DNA from: a virus
Taxonomy: Duplodnaviria; Caudoviricetes
Virus record (IMG/VR): IMGVR_UViG_2708742418_000007
Location: 1,077-65,076 of that record
DNA length: 64,000 bases
Strand: one strand, 5' to 3'
Under the pieces are notes generated by a model. It was not told the origin of the DNA and ran no database searches. It worked only from the letters and a program-made list of their open reading frames with translations. The first letter of the stretch is position 1, and every line of letters begins with the position of its first letter. Of this stretch, positions 45,740-53,254 are shown one piece after another. Made by a program: the position numbers and the translations under genes.

Positions 45740-46552
45740 ATGGCGAGAAAATCCAAAAAAATAGACCCCGATGCGGATCCAACTTATGATCGCAAGTCAG
45801 TGGAACAGGCGATTGAGCGATACAAAGCGCACTGGGAAACGCTTCCGACTGCAGAACGTGATCTAGCTGAGAAGATTACTATGTTGACCGGTTATGCCGG
45901 AGGTCGCGATAAGGCAGCTGCGGTAATGGGCGTAGGACCAACCACGCTGGACAACTACAGAATGGGAAAAACTCAGCCCAAATTTTTGGAGCTTCTTCGG
46001 CTGGCAAAAGCCGCGGACCACTCGATTAACTATCTAGTCCCTATCGACATGATCTCTTGGGCGATGTCTTACCGTGCCGAGGAGACGGAAGAAGACGACA
46101 ACGAAGACACGCCGGAACTCCCTCATGATTTGGTGGCTGTGAGCGTTTACAACGTTCACGCCTCTGCCGGATCCGGTTTGGTGCCCGTCGATGAACATGA
46201 TGAGCCCCATGATATCATTCTGGCTCGATCCTTCCTTCGCAGGCTTGGTGCATCGCCTGAAAAGTCGCAGATCATCTTTGCCAAGGGCGAGAGCATGCTG
46301 CCCACCATCCCGGATGGCTCGCTGCTGCTCGTCGATCGCAGCAAGACGCATATCGAGGAGGGCGGGATCTTCGTCTTTCGCGTGGGCGAGGGGATCAAGG
46401 TCAAGCGCGCCCGCTGGCGGGTGGACAATGCGCGCATCGATTTGGTTTCGGACAACCAACTCGCCGGCTATCCTCCTGAAACCTATACCAGAGACGAACT
46501 CGCCTCGATCGTCCCGCTCGGTCGCGTCATGTGCATCATGCGTGCACCATAA
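45740..46552 (+). CDS. Phage repressor, HTH plus S24 autopeptidase
   Basis: HTH; ASAGSG cleavage site, GESM (Ser), VKR (Lys). Confidence 0.92.
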   Translation: MARKSKKIDPDADPTYDRKSVEQAIERYKAHWETLPTAERDLAEKITMLTGYAGGRDKAAAVMGVGPTTLDNYRMGKTQPKFLELLRLAKAADHSINYLVPIDMISWAMSYRAEETEEDDNEDTPELPHDLVAVSVYNVHASAGSGLVPVDEHDEPHDIILARSFLRRLGASPEKSQIIFAKGESMLPTIPDGSLLLVDRSKTHIEEGGIFVFRVGEGIKVKRARWRVDNARIDLVSDNQLAGYPPETYTRDELASIVPLGRVMCIMRAP

Positions 46553-46578
46553 ATCTGATAGATATGGCAGGGGGGAAC

Positions 46579-47277
46579 ATGCAAACTGTGGGGTTTATCG
46601 GCTTAGGCATCAGTCTGCTGGTGATGGTCTGGAACGTATTTGGTGTTCTCTTTTCAAAAGGCAGACGCCTGAGAAAACTGGCCTATTTGGCGTTAGGATT
46701 TGTTTCGCTCATATGTTTCGCGCTCGTGGCCGGTACGGGGCTTGGTTGGGAGGCGCAGGATGCCGGATTTCTCAGCTACGCCGATATGAAGCAGGCAAGG
46801 GATGCTGGCATCACAGATCCCACTCTATGGGCTGCAGGCCGACCCGAACGAGATCGAATTGCCGAGCAGGAGAAGGCCGCGAAGCAGGCCCAGGCTGCGG
46901 CCGAGGCTGAGGCCAGGCGCAAGGCTGATGCCGAACTTGTGCGACAGAAGGCTGAAGCTGATAAGCGGGCAGCACTCGAAAAGCAGGCCGCCTGCAAGAA
47001 GGACCTCCGCTGCTGGGCAGAAAGTGTTTCCGTCGACGCACATGTGGATTGCGCACGCGCCATCCAGAGCCTTGCAAAATGGGATTATCAGTGGACCGAT
47101 GGATTTGGCGAACCGAGGTTCTCGAAGTTTCAATGGCGCGACCAGCAGAAGGGTATTGTGACCTATATGGGCAATAGATTGAAACTGCAGAACGGGTTCG
47201 GCGCATGGAAGCACATGACCTATACATGCGATTATGATCCTGCAACGAAACTGGTGCTCAACGCCGAGGCTTTCTGA
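46579..47277 (+). CDS. Membrane-anchored protein downstream of the repressor
   Basis: Two TMs, coiled coil, LQNGFGAW..YTCDYDP domain. Confidence 0.8.
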   Translation: MQTVGFIGLGISLLVMVWNVFGVLFSKGRRLRKLAYLALGFVSLICFALVAGTGLGWEAQDAGFLSYADMKQARDAGITDPTLWAAGRPERDRIAEQEKAAKQAQAAAEAEARRKADAELVRQKAEADKRAALEKQAACKKDLRCWAESVSVDAHVDCARAIQSLAKWDYQWTDGFGEPRFSKFQWRDQQKGIVTYMGNRLKLQNGFGAWKHMTYTCDYDPATKLVLNAEAF

Positions 47278-47381
47278 TGACGTGCAAATCAGATACGGGT
47301 ACAAGCGTTATCGTGTCTCTCGTCGAGAGCGCTTTTTGAAAATTGAAGACGCTCAATAAGTGTCAGCGCCACGCCTCTCCG

Positions 47382-47509
47382 AACATGGAAGAAACCCGTC
47401 TTTTTCAATGACGACTTCCATGTTGGAAAAGAGCGAAGGCTTATTGTAACCCACTGAATTCTAATTGTTTTGTCGGCAGTGAGCGCAACATGGAAGTGAC
47501 TTCCATGTT
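47382..47509. repeat. Two inverted pairs of AACATGGAAG
   Basis: 47382-91/47415-24 and 47487-96/47500-09, all exact. Confidence 0.85.
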
Positions 47510-47890
47510 CGAATTGGATTTTCGTGTCAAAAATGGCGCCATTCCGCACGGGGCTGCGGAAATCCTCAAAATGTAAAAAGCCCGGTTTTCCGGGCTTTCA
47601 CAACCGTTTCAAAGCCCTTCAAACGGTTTTCAAAACCGCCTCGAACCTTTCGCCGGAACCACCGATAAAACGCGCCGCAGCGGCCACTACTATCCGTTTC
47701 CGTGTCAAACGCGCCTGCCATCTCCGCCCGTTTGATACCGCGAAAAGCCCTTGTATTTCAGCCCATTGCCACGAATTGCCGCGATTTGACGGACAATGAC
47801 GGGTTTTCCGGATAACGGTGACTGACAACAAGCTTGACGCGGATTTCCGGAATTTTGACACCTAAAACCGGAAAAACGGAAATCTCATAT
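47485..47890. repeat. Prophage repressor-proximal end region with candidate transposase-binding repeats
   Basis: Tandem TCCGG-N8-GTCAA sites on the minus strand at 47835-47872; homologous to 6325-6710. Confidence 0.65.
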
Positions 47891-48009
47891 CTATTGACGA
47901 AAGTTCTTCCCAAGGCGCCTCTCGGGCGCGGTACATTAGCGTTCTCGGCGGGTTGGCCCCGAGCCGCCTGTGCGCCCTTCGGGGATGAATCACAGCCACC
48001 CCAGAGCTT

Positions 48010-49257
48010 CTATCTCTTGAAAGACCAAAGTCTGCCCTGACGGTTCAACGAAATGGAATCAGACCAGGAGGGGGTAGGCACACGCTTTTCAGAATTATTT
48101 GTATTCCGGAGGTCGAGTTCTTTTTCACTGACTAGAAACGAGGTGACATCGGCGATGTCAACCAATCGCGCGGGTGTCTCGTTAGCAATAGACTTAACGA
48201 AGACTTCATAGGACAGCCTCTCGTCTCGATGACGTTCGTGCAGGCGCTTAAGGAAGTCTTCCGCCAATCGCTCCCGCATCAGTTCCTTGTCGGCTCGGCC
48301 GAAGAGAAAATCTGGAGCATTTTGAGGATCGGCATTTGGATTAAAACCCAGCATCTCCAACCCGCCATGCCCCAAATGCAATGATTGATTGTTTATCTCC
48401 CAATGGCTATCGACCATGACGTTACGTGCCTTTACATGGTGCGATAGGTGGAGCAGCCAAAGATCCTTACGAGCTTTTTTTGATCGCAGGAAGAAGGGGC
48501 TTAGGAAAGGCGCGCCAGTCTGCTGCATAATATGTCTAAGCAGCAAGCGCTGAATTACATATCGTCCGCCCCGTTCGCCTTTCACATGAAGAAATTCTTT
48601 CAGCTGCTCCGCCGAGATCTCTATTGGCGCTAATCGTCGCAGGACTTCCGGATCTGTTGAGAGATAATCAATTAGCCATCCGACTGCGAATGTCAGAATG
48701 CACTCCGCGGCAGAAAATCTCAGGATTTTCCTGACGATTTCGAGGTCTACGTCGGAGTATCCCAATTGATCGAGAAGAAAAATAGAACGACCGACCTGGC
48801 GTCGGGTCCTCATCTCTATGCGAGATGAAATCAGGGGAAATACGTCTTCAAATTTCGAGTGATGTATGAATATCGACCGTCCGATTTTCGAAGAGTGCCC
48901 GTGGGCGTGCAATTCAGCCCGAAGGAAATCAATATGGTTCTTTTCACTGTCAACGAAGTGAAATTCAGCGTCAATTTCTAGCTTGTGATTCCTTCCTTGA
49001 TTCGCCTGCCGTTCTGCTGCATCCACCGCGTCGAGGAATAGTAGAGGCGTGCCTTTCACAAATTGCCCGTCGCGTAGAAAACGACCACCGCCGCAGAATC
49101 CGTCAACCAGTGTAATTCGTTGCCGCCGTTGTGCAGGACTGACCAAAATGGCGGGGAAGTAGCCCTCTAGATAAGCCGCAATCAACCTCAGTTTCGCGTC
49201 GCTATGATCTTCTAGCGAGGGAGGCGCCGCGCCCGGTTTCCAGCCAAACGTCTTAAT
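48010..49257 (-). CDS. tcmP: Three-Cys-motif partner protein (methyltransferase-like)
   Basis: HSDAKL..YL, VDGFCGGG, FLLDQLGYS; frame open to 49278; ATT start inferred. Confidence 0.85.
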   Translation of the reverse strand: MKTFGWKPGAAPPSLEDHSDAKLRLIAAYLEGYFPAILVSPAQRRQRITLVDGFCGGGRFLRDGQFVKGTPLLFLDAVDAAERQANQGRNHKLEIDAEFHFVDSEKNHIDFLRAELHAHGHSSKIGRSIFIHHSKFEDVFPLISSRIEMRTRRQVGRSIFLLDQLGYSDVDLEIVRKILRFSAAECILTFAVGWLIDYLSTDPEVLRRLAPIEISAEQLKEFLHVKGERGGRYVIQRLLLRHIMQQTGAPFLSPFFLRSKKARKDLWLLHLSHHVKARNVMVDSHWEINNQSLHLGHGGLEMLGFNPNADPQNAPDFLFGRADKELMRERLAEDFLKRLHERHRDERLSYEVFVKSIANETPARLVDIADVTSFLVSEKELDLRNTNNSEKRVPTPSWSDSISLNRQGRLWSFKR

Positions 49258-49309
49258 TGTTGTAACTCCTGCCGATACTCAGACAGTGAGTTGTGTAGTC
49301 ATTGATTCG

Positions 49310-50146
49310 TCAAGCGCGAAGCTTGAACTGACTTTCTTTTTCTGCGGGAAACTCACGTATTAATTCACCGTCCAGCAAGCCTCCTCCTTTTCCAAACTGG
49401 TCTAGTTCCTTAACCAAAGACGCGGGAAGTCCTTGTTCCTGCACTAAGGGATTGTTTGTCGCTGCGCCCCATTGCTTATGGAATGGCGCGACGCCAAATT
49501 TCCTGCAGTCGGCGACGATGTCTCGTGCCCACTGTGCCATCATCGGACGCGCGCCATGGCCGCTTTCGCCGCCGCTGATAAGCCAATCCGGTTTGGGATC
49601 GCTTTCTGACAATCGCAGAGGGCCGATAGCGGGTTCGTACGAAACGAACCAGACTGCGGCAGGAATATCCGCGATGAAGCGTTTCCTTTGGTCAAAGCGA
49701 GTTTGATCTTCTGCGGTGAAGCCCAACCAAACATTCGGGTAACCGGAAGCCCCCCAGTCTGCCGGCAGCATCTTTTTGATGTTTTGAGGGCGCTTGGTGA
49801 GCAGCTGCCAGTCGAGCGCCGGCGTCGCTCGAATGACCTCAAACAAGTCCTTTCGCCACGCCGGGTCCGCCTGGTTGTCGAATACATCGGCTAGAGATGC
49901 GCAAAAGACGCGCTGTCTTCTGCCGTGCAGGGCTGCAAACTGAGCCGCCTTCTGCTGCCAGATATGAGGCGCTTTCCAGTACGCATCAGTTGTTTTCTTG
50001 CGAGGAGAATTGCCCCATTTCACGTGGCCCGATCGTTTTGACCATGCTTCGGCATAGCAGTTGTCGCAGCCTGGGCTGATATTGGTACAGCCCGTCCAAG
50101 GGTTAAACGTGTGGTCGGTCCACTCAATTGTAGAATTCATGGCCAT
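49310..50146 (-). CDS. DUF5131 / phage Gp37-Gp68 three-Cys protein
   Basis: IEWTDHTFNPWTGCTNISPGCDNCYA, LLTKRP, SYEP, GGESG, FHKQWG. Confidence 0.93.
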   Translation of the reverse strand: MAMNSTIEWTDHTFNPWTGCTNISPGCDNCYAEAWSKRSGHVKWGNSPRKKTTDAYWKAPHIWQQKAAQFAALHGRRQRVFCASLADVFDNQADPAWRKDLFEVIRATPALDWQLLTKRPQNIKKMLPADWGASGYPNVWLGFTAEDQTRFDQRKRFIADIPAAVWFVSYEPAIGPLRLSESDPKPDWLISGGESGHGARPMMAQWARDIVADCRKFGVAPFHKQWGAATNNPLVQEQGLPASLVKELDQFGKGGGLLDGELIREFPAEKESQFKLRA

Positions 50147-50351
50147 CGCACGTCTCCCTGTCATAAATCGACCCATGGTACATTCAGAGAACATGCTTGC
50201 CAAATGATTAACATTGGCCATAGTTGCGCAGATTATGAGCTTGGTACGGTGCTGTCATTAGCCTTGACGCCTCGAGCTTTATGAGGCAGTTCTCAGCGCC
50301 CCGAAGGCGGCGGGTGCCTGAACCAAATGACCGAATGCGGCCGGTCCGAAC

Positions 50352-50669
50352 ATGGAGATTCGGATGCCCCATTCGCGCGGCCCGCAGCGTCCCAATAACA
50401 GTAAAGCAGAACCACGCTTCAGCTCGCCTTACCTGTCAGACTTTCTCGGCGGCAAGGTTCATCTGATTTGCCCAAAATGCGGCATCCAGCGTCGATACGA
50501 CGCCTCAATGTTATTGGCCAAAGTCGGGGATTACGTCCTGCCGGATCTGCTCACCCGAATTGCGTTGGCCGAAGGGTGCCCGCGTGTCGGAGACAAGGAC
50601 GACCGATGTAATCTGCACTACGATATCGAAAAGATGTACGAACAGAGGAGCGCCAAGCATGGCCAGTGA
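50352..50669 (+). CDS. Small Cys-rich hypothetical protein
   Basis: CPKCG..RRYD..LPDLL..GCP..C. Confidence 0.7.
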   Translation: MEIRMPHSRGPQRPNNSKAEPRFSSPYLSDFLGGKVHLICPKCGIQRRYDASMLLAKVGDYVLPDLLTRIALAEGCPRVGDKDDRCNLHYDIEKMYEQRSAKHGQ

Positions 50670-50835
50670 CAACACCGGCGCGTCCGGGGCGGCAGTCCAT
50701 TTCGAGCATTACTGTCAGGCGCCAGGCTGCAAGAAGTGGGGATCCTTCGGTTACCCGTCCCCACGCGGGCGTGGCGAATCGGATTTCTATTGCTTCGCGC
50801 ATCGGCCGGACAAGGCCGAGGGTGTTACGCAGTAG
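50659..50835 (+). CDS. Small zinc-finger-like protein
   Basis: GAGGAG RBS; HYCQAPGCKKWGSFG..YCFAH. Confidence 0.65.
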   Translation: MASDNTGASGAAVHFEHYCQAPGCKKWGSFGYPSPRGRGESDFYCFAHRPDKAEGVTQ

Positions 50836-50844
50836 CGAACTTGC

Positions 50845-51000
50845 TCAATGACGCGTCGTTGGCGGCCCCAGCAAACGCGTCTGCTCTTCTGCTTCAAGAA
50901 TGGCCATTGCAATGAGATAGACCAGAAGCGGCAGTTCGGCTTTCTCGGCGCGGGCTTTTGCCGCTTCGAGTTGCGCGAGGATCTCCCTCAGGTCGTTCAT
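50845..51000 (-). CDS. Small hypothetical protein
   Basis: LLVYLIAMAILEA motif; GGGGG RBS. Confidence 0.55.
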   Translation of the reverse strand: MNDLREILAQLEAAKARAEKAELPLLVYLIAMAILEAEEQTRLLGPPTTRH

Positions 51001-51109
51001 AGGCGCCCCCCATTCACCCGAACCAACGCCGCGACGGTAGCGTGAAAGCCGCCATCTGAACAAGATCGAAGGGGCCTCGAAGCGGTCTCAAAGCCCCTTC
51101 AAACACCCT

Positions 51110-51658
51110 TCAAAGGATGGCCTGTTCCTCTGCCGGGATGAAGCCATAGGCGGCAAGATGGTCGACCGCCCTGGTCAGCAGTTCCAGCCCCATCGGCGCC
51201 AGTGCTCGTCGCCAGAGATCGGCCGGCGTTTCGTTCTCCTGGATGAAGCACCAGTCCTGAAACGCCACCGGACCACCGTCCATCTCGTCGGTCAGATGAT
51301 AGACGGTGCCGCCGGTTATGCGCTCACCGGCTGCGATCGCATCGGCCACCGCGGTTCTGCCCCGGTAGAGCGGCAGGAGCGACGGATGAAACCCGATCGT
51401 ATAGCGTGCCTGTTGCCGGACCCATGCCGGCACGAACACGAAGGCATTGGCACAGATGAGGAGATCGACGGAGATGCCCGCAAGTGCATCGAGCCCCGTC
51501 GATCCATAGAGGATGGCCGGCACATCGGCTGCCATGGCGAGGGCATAGAGGCGGTCGCTGGCGCGCGGCACGGCAACGAAGGCCATGTCGTGGTGATCGT
51601 TGAGGGCCTTGAACACTTCGGCCGCCAGCCATTTCTGACCAATCAGCCCGATCTTCAT
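51110..51658 (-). CDS. Formyltransferase (Fmt/PurN-like, N-terminal domain only)
   Basis: GFHPSLLPLYRG, GGTVY..DEMDGGP. Confidence 0.9.
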   Translation of the reverse strand: MKIGLIGQKWLAAEVFKALNDHHDMAFVAVPRASDRLYALAMAADVPAILYGSTGLDALAGISVDLLICANAFVFVPAWVRQQARYTIGFHPSLLPLYRGRTAVADAIAAGERITGGTVYHLTDEMDGGPVAFQDWCFIQENETPADLWRRALAPMGLELLTRAVDHLAAYGFIPAEEQAIL

Positions 51659-52743
51659 GCGCGCACCTCCGCGCCTTCGATATAGCGGAAGCCCTGAACG
51701 GCCCGGAAGTGGCCGCCGTATCGGCCCTTGACGCCGACGCTGCTCCTGCCGCCATGCAAGGTGCTTGACACCTGCGCCCAGAGCTTGTCCCGCCGGAGCG
51801 CCGCTGCGAGACCCGGATGGGAGGTATGGAACAGCGTCGGCATCGGCTTGCCGTAGCGGTTCTTCCCCCGGCGCCAGGCGCCGCAGACCGCATTCAGGAA
51901 CCGTAAGCCCACGCCGGCGCCCTGCCATTCCGGCATGACGACCAGGCGGCAGGCACGGGCCTCGACAAGGCCCGGCCGGGTGGAGACGGCCACATGCGCC
52001 ACCGGCTCGCCCTCGACAAAGGCGACGTAGCAGGTGGCGGCGATCATGTGCGGGAGCTTCAGATAGTGATGCGGCTCAAAATAGCGCCACCATCGCCAGC
52101 CGGTTTCGCGAATCTCCAGGGTGATCGGCGGCCGTCGTCGAAGATACCTCCCGGAATACTGCCCCGTCGCGGTGTCGTAGATCCAGTCCGGGTCGAGCCA
52201 GTCGATGATATCGTAATGGCACGACAGCATGACCGCCTTGCTGCTGCCCCGCCGCCACGCCTTGCCGAAGGCGAGCGCGCCGATGCGGGCAATCTGCCGG
52301 TCCACCACGCTGGTGAACTCGTCGATCACCACCTCGGCCGGCCGTTCGCAGATGAGCCGGGCGAGATCGGCGCGGAAGCGCTCGCCATTCGAGAGGACCG
52401 AGTAGGGCCGAAGCCAGGAGGGCACCGAGCCCAGGCCGACCGAGGCAAGGGCTGCCGTCACATCGTCGAAACGCCCATCGGGTGCAATGGCGTCGATGAT
52501 CGGTCGATCGTCTGGCCATGTCGCCGAGGCGATCCTGTCCTCGCCAAAAATCCGGCGGCCGAGCGAGGTCTTGCCGGAACCGGACGGACCGACGATCAGG
52601 CCGATCTGCCAGGCGTCGTCCTCGATCGGCAGGTCGGCGACGTGCTCGAACCGGCTGCCGTCCTCGACATTGAACAGGGATTTCACGCGAGCCGCACGGT
52701 AGCTGTCGAAGTCCGCGCAGGTGTTTCGGATCTCGATCTTCAT
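51655..52743 (-). CDS. ABC-type ATPase fused to a GNAT acetyltransferase
   Basis: GPSGSGKT, LSNGE, VVIDE, SCH; HHYL and RLVVMPEWQGAGVG. Confidence 0.9.
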   Translation of the reverse strand: MKIEIRNTCADFDSYRAARVKSLFNVEDGSRFEHVADLPIEDDAWQIGLIVGPSGSGKTSLGRRIFGEDRIASATWPDDRPIIDAIAPDGRFDDVTAALASVGLGSVPSWLRPYSVLSNGERFRADLARLICERPAEVVIDEFTSVVDRQIARIGALAFGKAWRRGSSKAVMLSCHYDIIDWLDPDWIYDTATGQYSGRYLRRRPPITLEIRETGWRWWRYFEPHHYLKLPHMIAATCYVAFVEGEPVAHVAVSTRPGLVEARACRLVVMPEWQGAGVGLRFLNAVCGAWRRGKNRYGKPMPTLFHTSHPGLAAALRRDKLWAQVSSTLHGGRSSVGVKGRYGGHFRAVQGFRYIEGAEVRA

Positions 52744-52916
52744 GTGCAGACCACCTTGATCTTGCAGGCCTTCAGCGCCTGCAAGGCCACGAACAGCTGC
52801 TGTTGGGCCTGCTCGTCCGAGCAGACGAGAATGACGCCGTGTTGCTGACGGTGGACGTGGCCGTTGGCGCCCGGTGCGCCGCGTGGCAGGGGAGGGAGCT
52901 TATCGCTGGATTTCAT
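52740..52916 (-). CDS. Small protein coupled to the ABC-GNAT gene
   Basis: GVILVCSDEQAQQQLF; ATGA overlap. Confidence 0.6.
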   Translation of the reverse strand: MKSSDKLPPLPRGAPGANGHVHRQQHGVILVCSDEQAQQQLFVALQALKACKIKVVCT

Positions 52917-53085
52917 GGAGGACCCGATCCGGTTGTCGCTCCTGGCGATCGGATGCGGGCTCAATCGGCCTCAGGTGGTTGAGGGTGCCGCAGCGGCGGC
53001 ACTTGATCTCTATTACATTACTTATTGCGTCGTGCTCAGCCCTAAACAGCAGCGCCGAGCACTTTCCGCAGCGAATGTCTCTCAT
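52900..53085 (-). CDS. com: Com-family zinc-finger translational regulator
   Basis: IRCGKCSALLF..IEIKCRRCGTLN. Confidence 0.9.
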   Translation of the reverse strand: MRDIRCGKCSALLFRAEHDAISNVIEIKCRRCGTLNHLRPIEPASDRQERQPDRVLHEIQR

Positions 53086-53254
53086 CTTTCCATATGCTCA
53101 CGACTCAGTCACACCTCCTTCGCCCTGCAGGGTACGGGTGCGACAGTTATCGTGTGGTGCTGTCGGACGGGTCTGGTCGCCAAACTTAGAGCCCGTCGTT
53201 CGGTGCGCATGATGTGCACCGGCCGCCCGGCTAAGCGCCGGACGAAACCCATGC

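Larger units (their letters stand above)
6720..47890 (-). mobile_element. Mu-like transposable myovirus prophage, apparently complete (~41 kb; ends approximate)
   Basis: Mu gene order: repressor, ner, A, B, gam, gemA, mor, lysis, terminase, portal, F, G, I, T, sheath, tube, TMP, N, P, baseplate, fibre. Confidence 0.93.

Noticed and set aside
47289-47549. 86-aa minus-strand ORF
   Set aside because: It runs through palindromes and the end region and has no recognisable motif
50180-50350. Alphaproteobacterial LexA box (GAAC-N7-GAAC)
   Set aside because: Only half-sites were found
51655-52743. ABC transporter
   Set aside because: No permease or binding protein; the ATPase is fused to a GNAT domain in a com operon
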